From contig OX638150.1 of assembly GCA_951804945.1 (NCBI GenBank), positions 58,776,001 to 58,840,000 of the forward strand: a stretch of DNA of 64,000 nucleotides, written 5' to 3'. Below the pieces are notes generated by a model, which saw only the letters and a list, made by a program, of their open reading frames with translations, ran no database searches and was not told the DNA's origin. A program made the translations under genes and the position numbers. Shown one piece after another: positions 11,396 through 24,689 of the stretch (its first letter is position 1; each line of letters opens with the position of its first letter). The DNA comes from Podarcis cretensis. Lineage: Eukaryota.

Positions 11396-14300
11396 GTGAG
11401 TAGCATTTCTCACTTTGCTGAGGCAGTACAGCCCCCTCCCCCAGAGGACTTAGTTGCCTGACACACACCAGAACCAAGAATGACAGCCATCCTCCAGCCA
11501 TTACTGCTGTGGCTTGTCACGTCCTCTCATGACATGGGAAAGTTTGGGCTTTTCTTCACAGTTAGCATGTGCATTGAGACAACAGTCTTGCCTCAGAGGT
11601 AAGAGAGAGGAATCACCGTGCTAGGGAATAGAGGATGCCTCCAAACTTGTCCTGCTTATAATCTCCTGCCTGCCTTTTGCATTTCTTATTCTTCGGTATT
11701 TATGTTCTTCATATGTTATTTCTACCTGTATTTTGTTTTGTATTGTATTGTGTTCACATTATTGCTTACCATAATATTGGAGGAAAAAGAGTCTTCCTTC
11801 AGGCCCACCTGAACATAGGCGTAAGTAAATTCACACATGCCTGTGTTGACCAATAGCTTATGCTGGTATAAAAACAGTAATATAACGGGTGTAAGGCATG
11901 GGGCTAAGTTCTTAAGTTTCGTCCCATGATTTCCTGTCTAGCCAAGTTTCCCGACTGTCCTTTAGAAGGAAAGAAAATCCATTGAAGTCAGGCCATCAAT
12001 AGTGTGAACCTGACTCTGGGATGTTCTGTGTAATCATAGGTAGCTTCCTTTAAGCAGAGAGAACAGGCTTCCCCCTCTTTCTCTTTTGGCGGAGTTTCAG
12101 TGCTGTCACTTGCTAGCAGGATTTGCACCAGAGCATTTTGGGATTTAGAAAAAGAGTTGTTGAGGAGGACACAGGGCACAGCTTCCATCACTGGTATCCA
12201 TTTCCTAGTGGATCACAGTTATGCAAGTCTTTGATACGTTAAAAGTAAAACATTATCATATCTTCCAGAGATTACTTTTAGGATGTTACAAGACTAGCAT
12301 TACAAAGAGGAGTCGACTCTAGTACAAAAGGTGCATGTCCTTAAATAGAGTATGGAAATGAAATGTGTATTTCTACAGAAGTAGCCTCATGTATATGGAA
12401 AAAGTAGTCAGCATCATAGTGCTAGGAAGGCTATGGGCTTCTAACTTTTCCTTTCCAGTGAGTCTTCTTTTGTTTTTTGTTCCCTGCCCTTTTCATGTCT
12501 ATAACAACTCCTCACTTATATAACCAGCCTCTTGTCACTTTTTTCTGCTTCCGTGTGTTGTGACACAGTATAAGATGCTTTAATCACCCCCCCATGAGTT
12601 CTAATGCCAAGGAGGCCCAGGAATCATAAAGATTTCTTACACAGCAGAACATGGTGTGGGCAGGTTATATCCCTGGGATGATCCAATATAATGGAAGAAA
12701 AGGGTTTCGATAACTAAGTGTTGTGTACATGAAAAAAATTCAGAACATGCTTCCCCCCCCCCCCGATCAACTATATACAACAAGCTGCACCTGTCAGACA
12801 GCTGCAGAAGTTCACTTCTCCTTTGTATCTGTTTACCCTCATCCAGACAAATTCTTCCCTGGTTTATGTGCTTGAGCAATAAATTTATGCAAAAAGACAC
12901 AGAAATGGTCCCTTGTGAGGTTTTTTATTTGTTTGTTGATTTTGTCTAATTGCCTCATTTGTTGATTTCACAATTTCCCCCAATACATTCAACAGCTACA
13001 ATTTTAAAGAGACGTCCAGCAGGCACAGCTGTATTTCCATGGTAGAAAAAGTTTCTGGTGTTGAACGTTTGTTTGTCTTACATGGGACAGAGCCTTTGTC
13101 AGAAAAAAGGTGGTGCTTAATGCACCTCATTGGAGAGTTTCACGCTGTGTTAAGAAGCAAGCATTTCTTCTCTCCCTCAAGGCTTGGGCACATGATTGAA
13201 TTCCTCCAGGAAGGCAGGAATTGCTATGTCCGACTGGCTGCGTCTTGAGCAGTGGCAACAGCAACCCCGGTCCCTTCCGTAGCCTCTTTAAGACATTGCA
13301 GTAAACTGAAATATGGCTTACCAAAACCATGCAACTGAGCTGGCTTTCAGAAAGAAGCTTCCACCCGCTTTGCTCCTCCTCAGTCCTTTTAGCAGTGCTA
13401 CACGTCATGGTTAGCAAGGTGAGGCCTTAACTAGGATCCTGGGTTCAGACGTTCTGCTCAGCCAAGCCTTGACTTAGCTGCCCCACCACACTGTGCTAAA
13501 AGGACCAGGGAAAAGCAAAGCAGGTGCAAGCTCATAGTTTGCCTTATCATGACATGCAAACCACATGCAGACGAAGAAGGCATGCCTTGCAATTGCCCAC
13601 AAAGTTGTGTCACCAGCAGTTTCTGCGCACGCTAAAATTTTACGACCTTATTTTGGCCCTCTACCAAAAAGCGGGTGAGAAAACTTTGCCTTTAAAAAAC
13701 AACAACAGTCATATGAATTTCAAAATTGGAAACAGGTAGGGGTGCTGAGAGCTAGTCTTTGAAGGAAATACATTTTCATTTGGTTCATTAGTACCCTTTG
13801 CTACTTCTTTGGGTGCAGCTTGTGTGTGCCCCTCCTTTCCAAACAAGCATGCTGTTGATCTCAGTGTAGGGATGGAAATGACAGGTGAATTTGAAGGCAG
13901 TTGATTATAGATTCCTCTTTGCTCCTAAGGATTTCTTCTTCCTCCATTCTCTCTGGCACAGTTAAATCAAAGCTGTTTAAACACTGTGCTTCCAAGACAC
14001 ATGAGCTCAGAATGAAGAAAATGATATTGGATTTTCTTTAAAAGTCCATAATGTGATTCACACACTAACCTACAAGTGAATTAACCTGGAAGGAAGAACA
14101 CAACAATCTGGGACACATTGTGAATTTTAAGGAGCTTATAGTTAAAGATTGCAAACAGCTGCAGGAAAGAGCACAAATTCTACCTTTTCCAAGAGGAACT
14201 TTAAATCGTGCATCAACTGCCGCCTTGCCACACACGTCAGATCAATTAAATGAATAAGTCAGTAGCTGGTTTTGGATTACCTTTAGGCTTTAAAATTTAC

Positions 14301-14479
14301 CACCTACAGAGGGACCTGCTAATGAGGCAATGAGCTTTTAAGGTCTAATGTATTCATTCCAGTATTGGTAGCCCACACTGATGGGCTTGAGCATTGCTGT
14401 AGCTTGTGTGGAAATGAACCTGAGGTGTTACTCTTTCTCCAAGAGTGCCTTAGTGACTTTCAGGGTGGCTTGAATTGAA

Positions 14480-14812
14480 CATGAACATAAGGAATTGCTC
14501 TTTACGGAGTCAAAATGGTCCATTTACGCTGGGGGAGGGAGAACCTGTGACTCTCCAGATATTATTGGACTCCGGCTTCCATCAGCCCCAGCCTGCATGA
14601 TCAATAGTCTGGGACAATGAGAGTTGTAGCCCAGCAAGATTGGGGTGGGGAATCTTAACCCAAGACTGTATGCTCTGACTGGAAGCATCGTTCTCCAAGG
14701 CTTCAAGCAGGTCTCAGGCTTCTTTAATCTTGCTAACTTGAAATGCAAACATACTCCCTCCCCCATTTTTTAAACCAGGAGGTGCCAGGGATTGAACCTG
14801 GGACCTGCTGTA
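14480..14812 (-). mobile_element. Old tRNA-derived SINE with CR1-like tail, interrupted by a degenerate hairpin MITE (~14527-14650)
   Basis: B-box-like gggattgaacctggg (~14788-14802), tail-like aacatgaacataagg, and an inserted ccagat..ggact..tagcccagc hairpin-family segment. Confidence 0.45.
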
Positions 14813-14854
14813 CGTGACAAAAACTATCCTCTAGAAATCCATGACTCTTTAGTA

Positions 14855-15102
14855 CAGGCATGTCCAACGTCCGTTTCGGGGGCCTAATCTGGCCCGCCGT
14901 TTGATTTAATCCAGCCCCTGTAGCAGTATATGTCCTGGGGTAAAATCCTTAAAAAAGCCCAACAGCTGCAATCCTAAAAACAGCTCAACAACCTTGGGGT
15001 CAACTTCAATCCTAAAAAGAAAGTTCAACAACTTTGGTCGGCCCTCACGCATGTTCACTTCATCAAATCTGGCCCTCTTTGAAAAAAGTTTGGGCACCCC
15101 TG
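14855..15102. mobile_element. hAT-type MITE
   Basis: TIR-like caggcatgtccaac / gtttgggcacccctg; 8-bp TSD ctttagta / ctttagga; three internal aatcct(t)aaaaa..caaca repeats. Confidence 0.75.
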
Positions 15103-15521
15103 CTTTAGGATGTTAAACTGCCTAAACTGCCACAAAAAAATGAGAGCCCAGTACCTGTGTTCATTCCTCCCATGTTTACTCCTCTCCCAGTTGTTCATTA
15201 GTAGCAAAGATATCAAGCTCTGGGATTGTCAAAACACCAGAGAGAGGAAGAGCTCTCTAATGAGATCATCATTCAGCCCCCATCGTGGGTGAGGGCCAGT
15301 TTAAGCTTAGGGATGTCCACAGTATTTAATTTTTATTTCCACTTATTAATTGCTTCCTTTCAAATATCTCAAAGCAATCTTAACAACAGTGATGTACCGT
15401 TTAAACATCATACATAATATGTGGGTGTATAATGAACCAAATCTGGAAGTTAATGCCACTTTTGGTATATTAATCATTTAAACTTTGCTGTGGAATCCTG
15501 AAAGGCGTGTTTGGAGCATGC

Positions 15522-15523
<2 letters not shown>

Positions 15524-15567
<44 letters not shown>
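15524..15567. repeat. (CA)n microsatellite
   Basis: Direct read, about 22 units. Confidence 0.97.
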
Positions 15568-15572
<5 letters not shown>

Positions 15573-15839
15573 TAACTTCTGGAATACTTAAGATTTGGAC
15601 ACTTGTGACTTGAACTCCAGTGCTTTGTAAATAATCATACTGATGGATTCTCAAAGACTAAGAAACTAAGACTGAATAATGTAAGAAGTGCAATATGTCT
15701 ACCAACAGGTTTAGCACATGGAATTAAATGCATCAGAGATAGCCACATTTAATTTGTCTGTCTTGGTTGTAGTGTATTTTACAGTGTTGTTTTCCATCCC
15801 TCATAAAAGCAACTTACTTTTTGCAATATGTTTACTTAG

Positions 15840-16007
15840 GCTTGCTATGGAATCCTGAAAGTTCCCATCGGAAATTGGCTTTGCCGAACCTGTGCCCTTG
15901 GAGTCCAGCCAAAGTGTTTACTCTGCCCAAAGAGAGGGGGAGCTCTGAAACCCACCCGGAGTGGGACAAAATGGGTCCACGTTAGCTGTGCCTTATGGAT
16001 ACCTGAA
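15840..16007 (+). CDS. JADE2: JADE2 coding exon (PHD1 end and Zn knuckle); not in ORF track
   Basis: ttacttag|GCT acceptor and GAA|gtaaga donor; 168 nt. Encodes [56 protein letters not shown]. Confidence 0.97.
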
Positions 16008-16468
16008 GTAAGATACTAAATGACTTTCTAAGTGGTAGGTAGATGTGATGTAGATGAGATATATTTGGATTTCACCATGCCAGGTACTGTCCAGAATCAT
16101 CACCTGTCATTCATGCCAAGGATTATGTTGAGCACACAGGACTTAAGGATGCCTGAAATTAAAAGCTTATTGTTGTTAAGCACTGTGATCTCTAAACAGT
16201 CCATTCAGACATTCAGAACCTTCTCCATGCAATGTGCTATAATTATGCCCAGGGCTATTCACACTACAGTTGTAACATGTATTGCAGGCATTCCATGGAT
16301 ACACCTGCAGTTTCCTGGTAGCAGTTTTCACAGTTTAATTCTGTTTCACACATTACATGGTTGATGTGTCGAATTTAGTTTGTATCAGAGCCACCCTTAG
16401 AGTTCTGTTCTTATCCTTTGAGAAGATACATGATAGCCAATAATTGGTGTGTTCTGTGTTTTGCTCAG

Positions 16469-16585
16469 GTTAGCATTGGATGCCCTGAAAAAATGGAACC
16501 CATTACGAAGATATCACATATCCCAGCAAGCAGATGGGCTTTGTCATGCAGTCTTTGCAAGGAGTGCACTGGAACATGTATTCAG
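16469..16585 (+). CDS. JADE2: JADE2 coding exon (PHD2 start)
   Basis: ttgctcag|GTT acceptor and CAG|gtaag donor; 117 nt. Encodes [39 protein letters not shown]. Confidence 0.97.
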
Positions 16586-16749
16586 GTAAGCAGTTATGTG
16601 TAGTCAAACTGTGCACCACCCATATCAGAAAGATAAAGAAATTGTTTTAATGAAATGCGTGTTGAGAATCACTGGCAAATAATATACACAAGCGACCAAA
16701 AGGCGCAACCCGTTAGGCCTTGCTGGGTGTTTATAACTTTTGTTATAAC

Positions 16750-17450
16750 TTTTGTTTATTTATTTATTTCATTTCTATACCACCTTTTTCTTCCAAGGAG
16801 CTCAAGATGGTGTACATGGGGGTGTGTCCCTGTCAGAATGCTGGGTGGTAGTTGCTCGTGAGTAACCAGGCAGGACTCTGACCTGTCTTTTACAGGTTTT
16901 ATTGTGCAGACTATATACAGTGAAGATACACAAGGTTCATGTCCGTCTTAGTCACTTAGGCAGAATCTGGGAGTTGCACCTTCCAGCTTCTCCCCCAATA
17001 TAAGAACTTAGACACCCCAGATCTCCACCTCCCCTCCTTGTGTTTCACCCCTCTGCGCAAGCGTGGCGACAGAAGTGGCGTGTGTGCCTCCTGGCCAGCC
17101 GGGCTAGGTGAGGCGCTTGGGCTCTCAACAGCATCTTCGAGCCCTCTCCTCACTTGGCTGGCCTCTTCCCTCTCTTCTCCACTGGAGGTGTGGCTTTTCC
17201 CCTTGCTGGAAGAGGAACTGCTCCTTAGAAGCATTGGAGGCTCCCTGTATCCCGATAGTGTCTCTGCCTCTCTCCCCTGTTCCAATGGCAGTCACCTGAC
17301 ACCCCCCAAAAAAATTTCATCCTCACAACAGCCCTGTGAGGTAGGTTAGGCTAAGAGATGGTGACTGGCCCAAGGTTACCCAGTGCCCTTCTAGACTGAG
17401 TGGGCGAACTCTGGTCTCCCAGGTCATAGTCCAACCTGCTAACCATTATG
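16750..17450 (-). mobile_element. Squamate tRNA-derived SINE with L2-type tail (Squam3/CORE-like), split by an LTR insertion
   Basis: Tail tttatttat..ccaaggagctcaagatgg on the left and core cctcacaacagccctgtgaggtagg..ggcccaaggttaccc on the right. The same family is on + at ~61000-61137. Confidence 0.65.
16831..17301 (-). mobile_element. Probable solo LTR (Gypsy/ERV-type), 471 bp
   Basis: TG...CA ends with perfect 6-bp inverted termini TGTCAG / CTGACA; minus-strand AATAAA about 70 nt from the end; cleanly interrupts a SINE. TSD ambiguous (C-run). Confidence 0.65.
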
Positions 17451-18866
17451 TTACTTTACATTGACCTCACTGGCTTTTATCTCATGTGCAGCTTTTAGTT
17501 GGAAGGGAAAGGAGAGGGACTCCTCCTCCTCTCCTCTCCCAGTGTCTCCATGGAGTCAAGGGGGTTTGTGTGTAAATTATTTCCCTTCCTGTCAGGTTTT
17601 GCAGGAGGTAGCAGCAGAATGTTGGTCTTTTTTATCTTTAGTTCCCAGGTAACAAGAAATGCCACTGAATACAGTCAAGTGTTCTTTTCCACTTCTTTTA
17701 TCACAGTGTTTTATCTTATCCAAGCTCACTTTGATCTCTAGGAAGATTACCGAAGTGTTGATCTCTGGGTCCAAAGGGAGGATCTGTCAAAGATTGTTTG
17801 TATGTTGAGGCTGCAACTGTCGTGAGACAGCTATCTGGTGGAAGGAAAGTCATGTGCTATATGAACAGAAAGTGTGAAGCCACCACCATAACGTTTGGGG
17901 CATTGTAAGGGAGAAATTTTAAAGCAATCTCTTTTAGCCTGAAGTGAAAGCTCTCACACACGTTTCATTAAATCTTTCCAACATTTGATTCAATTCCATT
18001 TGCGATGGCTCTGGGTGGATCTGCTTATTCACCCTGCCAGATGGAGATATTCTGTCATAATGGCAACTGCTTTTGAAGAACGGAAGGGCAGGGAAACGAG
18101 ACGGCTACACTTGGCAGCGTTGGGTGGGGGGGTAGGAAGAAAAGGAAGAATTCAGTTTTCTCTGAGACTTCATCCTCTTAGCTCTGGCTCGCGTGTTAGT
18201 TTTGAAATGCTCTGAGCTGAGTGGATTTGCATGAAAGGTCACCTGAAATGGAAAACAGGGTTTTATTGTCTCCTTTGCTGACATCCCACATTTCATAAGT
18301 CTTCATAAGACTGACAGTTGAGCTTTTGTTGGCGCTGGCCTCGTAAGAGGGAGAACATTTTCACCAAAAGAAGGAATGAAAGAAATATGTAGATGATTCA
18401 TTTGTTTAAACGTTTAAGCAATGACTAAGCATCAAACTGAAACATAGGGGAGGGGGAATTAGAATTCAGATCTGCCCCCACTTTCATCACATTAGGATTG
18501 CAAATCTCATTATTTGTGTTGATGTAGCATCGCCATCTGGGTTTGCTTATGCAGGTGAAATTTAGCATAGAAGACTCCACAATAGCTTTATAAAATAGCT
18601 TTTGGCCAAGGGCGGGGGGTAACTTTCCTGAAACCTTCCAGGCAAAGGGATCAAAATTCATGCAGCTCAGTGAAAGTGACAATAGCCAGGGACTTAGTGG
18701 AGAAAAGTAATGGAGTAGGTAATGGAGTAATGGGGTTGCTAGGAATTGTGTTACTTATTTTTATAATCGTATACAAATCCTTCCTCCTTTACTTGTATGA
18801 TTATATTACTATAACCCACCCTGGAACCTTATGGTGAAGGGCAGATAAGAACTATTATAAATACAT

Positions 18867-19190
18867 TTGTTGTTGTTATTAAATTTATTACCCACCCTTC
18901 GCCAACAGGTCTTGGGGCAAGTTTCAACAATCTAAAATTAAGAATTAAAAACAGTTAAAACAGTTTTCAGCCATAGGAGTATGTTGGGCACACAGGCAAA
19001 GCTGCATCTTGAGCATTCTCTGAACACACTATAATGAAGCCACATGCACCTCTGTAAGAGGGAATTTAGGGGCAGACACAGAGAATGCCCTCTCCAGGGA
19101 GGTGGTGTTACCAAGAAGGCCGCCTCTGCTGATTTTAACATCTGAGAAGTGCTGTAGGGAAGGAGGTGGTCTGGGAGATAGTACCTTTAG
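18867..19190 (-). mobile_element. L2-like LINE 3' fragment
   Basis: (TTG)n/ttattaaatttatta tail and the gg..gttaccaagaaggcc motif, shared with the fragment at 32008-32230. Confidence 0.45.
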
Positions 19191-19213
19191 GCAATGCAAC
19201 ATCAGTGCAACTA

Positions 19214-19439
19214 CAGTGGTACCTCGGGTTAAGTACTTAATTCGTTCCAGAGGTCCGTTCTTAACCTGAAGCTGTTCTTAACCTGAAGCACCACTTTAGC
19301 TAATGAGGCCTCCTGCTGCCGCTGTGCCGCCGGAGCACGATTTCTGTTCTCATCCTGAAGCAAAGTTCTTAACCTGAGGTAATATTTCTGGGTTAGCGGA
19401 GTCTGTAACCTGAAGCGCATGTAACCCGAGGTACCACTG
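19214..19439. mobile_element. Tc1/mariner (Tigger/pogo-like) MITE
   Basis: Perfect 18-bp TIR cagtggtacctcgggtta / taacccgaggtaccactg; TA TSD; internal ttaacctgaag repeats. Confidence 0.9.
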
Positions 19440-22400
19440 TACGCTGGTTTAGAGGTTCAACAGTGATACAGAGGATCATTCACAATAACCACGTTGACGC
19501 TTATATGACTTTGGTTTTCCAAGGGGCAGGGATGTGCAAGAGTACAGTACTAAACAATTCCCTTTTTGAAAAGACTAAGTCTACAACCCTATACAGTGGT
19601 ACATTAACACAATTCCCAACTCTTTCTACCTTTCAGTATATTCTTCTCCCCACTCTGCTGTATGGTTTTATTCTGCTAGCTGGGCTGGAGGAGGGGAATA
19701 ATGCATCAATAACGTCTTCATTATCACTTTAATGCAAGGTTCTTTGGTAGCTACTGCTGAGCAGGTACTTTTCGTTGTTGACCTGTCAGCTCAGCTTGCT
19801 AATTATTTCCTATTTGCATTTCGGGCAGAGTCCCTGACAACTGCTACTTGCCATCTGTCAGAGGAAACCCAGGATGGGTGGCATTCTGTTTGTTTTATCT
19901 GTAAGGTAGCGCGGATAATCTTTCCTTCATAAAAGGGCACTGTGTAGGCTGTTGTTCTAGCAAAAGTCATAAACAATTTAATAATGATATTAATACTGTT
20001 TGTGACGCAAATAGGGAGGGGAGGGGAGAAACCGAGATGCATTTATTTCAGTAGCTTAGCTAAGCCGGAGAGGTCCTTGCCCAGCTTTCATCTCAGCACT
20101 GCAGCTAGTTGTGTGCACAACAGCACAAAGGATCTTTCCAATCACTCATTTTAAAGTACCCCCAGATGTTACTCCAATATAAACACAATTGGCTCCATCA
20201 GTAGCTATCTAGCTATGTATGCAGTAAAATTACAGCTTTGGCTACTGGACAAGAAAACTCAATCAAAGCTGTTTACTGCTGGCAAAAGCCTGTAACCTCA
20301 AAATGCAATAACACTTAGGAAAGTGACTCCGCTGCATCTTTTCAACATAGTCTCCCATCCCCAGCCCAGGTATTTATATCAGGCAGGCCTATGATAAAAA
20401 CCGCATGATAGCAGAACAGCATTGCTTTACAAATCTGGGCACTGATACTGTGCATCCAGCAAAATGAATGAAAACTCAATACTCCGATTCTTAGGTCATG
20501 TCTGCGTCAGTGCATCCCACCACACCTTATCCCTGCATGGAATGCAGTTTAAAATATTTGATTAGATCTGCTGTTTAGGGGCTATCAGATCACCACCCTG
20601 GACAGATTTCTGTTAGTAGCTCCACAAGTGGCAAGAGTGTTCCATAGCACTGTTATGACTCTTTTGCCCTCCTTAAGATCCTGCAAATATGAGGACCAAA
20701 CCTGACATCTCAGTATCAGACCTCTTTGTTTAACCCTAGGTCTGCCCCAGTCACAGGGATACGGGTCTGCCTTTTTAGAGGAAAGGGAGATGCTCAGGTG
20801 AGGGGGAAGTGAACTCTCTTTGCCCCAACCTCTTACATTCCCTTAGCATCCTCTCACCAGATGTTTTTCCTGGAGCTCAGCAGAGGAGAAAAGCACCTTA
20901 AGGGACCAGTGGGGCAGAGATAAAGCTGCACAGAGTGTGCTTTTAAAACTGAACATAAAATTGTTTTTCCTCTTCCCTGAAATGCCCTCACACTCAATTG
21001 AGTACGTGTAGTATCCCGAAACGCTTCTCAAATCCTTCAGGAAGTGTCCCCTTGCGTTAATGCGATCATTCAAGCTGGAGCAACCATGGTTCTTAACAAA
21101 TATATTGAACTATGTAAACTGCTCAGTGTGGTGTCTTCAGCAATAAGGTCTTCAGAACAGCTCCTTATTGCTGTTTAACTGGCCATTAGCAGCTGGAATA
21201 GACTGATTTCTTATGGGTTATGGCTTAAATAATTACCTGACACTCAGAGCTATTAAAAAACAGTTAATGAATAGTGGGTGGATCCATGAGGAGACAGCAG
21301 AGTTACATACAGCTAGCTGGGGAATGTGTTATATTGGGTAGGAAATGGCACTTCAGATGTTGCTGCCTGGGGGAGGAGGGGGACAGAACAAATTAGATAG
21401 GGAGGGCTTTAATAAAATTGTTTGATTTTTTTTTCTTTAAAAGAACTGTTGACAGCTATTTAGCGACTGCACTGAGCGTTAATCAGTTAATTTTTATGTT
21501 ACTAGCTTGCCAAAAGCTTGAGGCTCACTTTTTTGTTCTCTTTCTTTTTAATATATAATTAGAGGACATATATCAAAGGGGAAGATACTGTTAAAGGTCC
21601 AGTCTTTCCAGGGGCATTGCAAGCCCCCAAGAGTGTAGATTTATTCATGAACTTGTGACCCAGTCTGCGACCCAAAAATCACATTAGCTAAGGTAGTTCA
21701 AAAAGAACAGAACAATGTGGTAGAAACTCTGGTCTAACCACCACCCTCATAAACACACAATAATATAATATGAGTGTTTCAGAAGGGCAAATGTATGCTT
21801 CGGCACCATTAGTACTTTTGTTGCTCTGTTTTATAGGCAAAGGCAAAATCTCAACCAGAATTATTTGGGGAGTGGGGGAGAGTCTCTAAAGTCCATTTTC
21901 TTTCTACCGCTACTGCATTTTAGTACAAAACAAAAAGCAACCCACTCATTTATCAGAACTTCTCCATACCTTTCTCCTTTTATATTAGGGTTGCACAGCC
22001 TGTGACTCTCATCATCACTCACCATTAGCCTTGCTGACTGGGGTGGATGTTTGTTGTGGCCTCAGAACATATTATGGAGGGTCACAGGTTCCTTTTCCCT
22101 GTTTTGGCACATGGACTCAGCTCTACTCAAAGGGTTAAACATATTACTTAGTTTAACAGGAGATTACTTTCTATGTCAGCGATGTTTGTGTTATATATAA
22201 ATACCTTGGGTATTTACCTCCAGGAAACCAGTAGAACTATGTTTACCACTTTGAGCTCCTTGGAGGAAAGCTGGTGTATAAATGTAATAAAGTATCCTCA
22301 ATTTTTTTCGCAGTGGCAAAAAAAAAAAAAAAAGTCCTATTCGCCATTCAGACATTACAAGTAAAATGATTTTCCCCCAACACCTTTTTACTGAATTCCG

Positions 22401-23057
22401 TTTTCCTTGCCCTTCCCTGTGTCACAGTGAAAAAAGGATTCTTCAGTGTTGGAAACTGGTACATGTGGGATAGGTTTAAATGGGTAGGAGAGGATATATT
22501 GATTGCAGTTTATCCCACCAGGCCCCCATGCGTGTGGGTTAACAGAGTTTGAAAATCCCATCTTTGGCACCCCAATTAAAAGAATAGGAATTAGTCTGCA
22601 GGGCCTCCTTTGGAGAAAGTTCAACTAAAAAGTAAGCTGGCTTCCCCCTTCTTACCTCACTTAACAAAGAATCAGGCAACAACTTGTAATGTAAGTTTAC
22701 AAATAAGATTTACCTACTTTATAATCATGCTTTGCTTCACAGCAACAGTAGCAGCAAAAGCCCCATACCTAGAGCGGCAGCAAGCAGGGCCATGACTGCA
22801 TCCAGCACTAATCAAAGGAAGAGAGAAGAGAGAGGAACAGGAAGTACTATATGCTGCTTCCTCTCCAGGAGAGGAGGGGAAATGATGTAACTCACAGCTC
22901 TCTCTACCAGTTGTATTTCTATGGTCTGAGTAGACACTCAGCAATTGCCTGTCAGCAGTACAGCTCTATGGTATTAGCCCCTTCTCATGCTAACTAGCAA
23001 GGAATATGCATTAGTTACGTTTGGCTGCTAATCTCCCACAGTTCCATAGTTCATGTT

Positions 23058-23172
23058 TGTTGTTGTTGTTGTTGTTTAGTCGTTTAGTCGTGTCCGACTT
23101 CGTGACCCCATGGACCAGAGCACGCCAGGCACGCCTGTCTTCCACTGCCTCCTGCAGTTTGGTCAGACTCAT
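23058..23172 (-). mobile_element. RTE/BovB LINE 3' end, 5'-truncated
   Basis: (GTT)n tail followed by agtcgtgtccgacttcgtgaccccatggac, typical of the BovB 3' terminus; 12-bp TSD atagttcatgtt / atagtttatgtt. Confidence 0.8.
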
Positions 23173-23475
23173 ATAGTTTATGTTACCCCATGCTAATTAG
23201 TATTATATCATAGCTAGCTGACCTTTTGACCAGCACACCGGCTTCAAGTATCAATAACTTTCAAAATGTAGTAAGCAGGGCAAAGGCATGGCCCTTGTGT
23301 GCTCTGAATAATTGGTCACCAGGGGGAAATATGGAGAGGAGAAATAAAAATCCTGCATCCTTCTTTTCTAATTTGATACTTATCAGGATGTTAATGTTTG
23401 TGACATCCTACAGAAATTGCATTAGCCACCTTGGAATCCTTTTGGATGAAAGGCAGTGTAAAAATAAACAAGCCA

Positions 23476-23476
<1 letters not shown>

Positions 23477-23528
<52 letters not shown>
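23477..23528. repeat. (TAGA)13 microsatellite
   Basis: Direct read. Confidence 0.97.
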
Positions 23529-24227
23529 ATGACCTGTACTTCCTCTGGGATGCAGCTTGTTAATGTGAAATCAGTGCACTCTTCCTACCCTTCCCACCCA
23601 GAGGAGAGGCCACCTGGACAAGTTTTAAGAAGAGCAAAGAAAACAGCAGATCTCATCTTCACCCCATTCCACATAGCACCTCTTCCTGGAAGGGCTTTCC
23701 TTCTATTTTTGCTAGAACAAGGCTTCTGAGTGTAATAGTGGAAATATAATAAAAAAACTGGGAAAACTTGGCCTGGCCATGCAAAATACCTGACCATCAC
23801 ACTGAGCCAATTTGGTGGGACACAGGATCAGCTGTGCTGTATAATTAAATATCTCCTCAGCAAAATCAAGTAGACAGATCCCATGAGGAATGTTTACATG
23901 AAGGAAAAACAGCAAGAACATAAACCTAGTGTGTAAGCAAGCTGTAGTGTAGTGGATAGAAATGTACTGTAGAAGATGAATAGTGAGAGAGGGCATTATG
24001 GAGGGGTATTTTTCCATCTCCTCAAGAAAAGTGAGGGGTCTGAACAGAGAGTAATGGGGATGTGGTACTTTCCACCATCACCCCCCATTAATTTTACTGC
24101 TAGTATTAATTACGGCAGGAATTTTTTTGCTGCTGGTACTCTTGTAAAAGTGATCCTAGTTAACCATGAAATGGTTTTACAAGAATACTCAGGTCTTCAC
24201 TCTGCTTTCTCCCCCTATCTGTTGCAG

Positions 24228-24689
24228 TGTTCCATGCCTTCCTGCATCACAGCCTTCCACGTAACATGCGCCTTTGAACGGAATCTGGACATGCGGACAC
24301 TTTTAGCAGAGAACGATGAGGTGAAGTTCAAGTCCTTCTGTCTTGAGCACAGCAGTGGTGCCACTAAGCCACCAGACGAAGCACGGACGGATGCAGATCA
24401 AGGCAAGCTGGATATGGAAAAAGTAACGCTGAGGAAACAGAAGCTCCAACAGTTGGAGGAAGACTTCTATGATCTTGTGAAGCCCTCTGAAGTGGCTGAG
24501 AACCTTGACTTGACTGAGGGGCTAGTTGATTTTGTCTATCAGTACTGGAAATTAAAGAGGAAAGCCAATTACAACAAGCCTCTAATGATGCCCAAAACAG
24601 ATGAGGTGGACAACTTGGCTCAGCAAGAGCAAGATGTGCTGTACCGACGCTTGAAGCTCTTCACACACCTCAGGCAAGATCTTGAAAGG
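24228..24689 (+). CDS. JADE2: JADE2 coding exon (PHD2 end and downstream helical region)
   Basis: gttgcag|TGT acceptor and AGG|gtgagt donor; 462 nt. Encodes [16 protein letters not shown]...[18 protein letters not shown]...[11 protein letters not shown]. Confidence 0.97.

Noticed and set aside
23976-24227. ATG-initiated 84-codon N-terminal extension of the 258-aa ORF
   Set aside because: It lies upstream of a canonical pyrimidine tract and CAG acceptor and has no JADE-like sequence; best explained as a chance open intronic frame.
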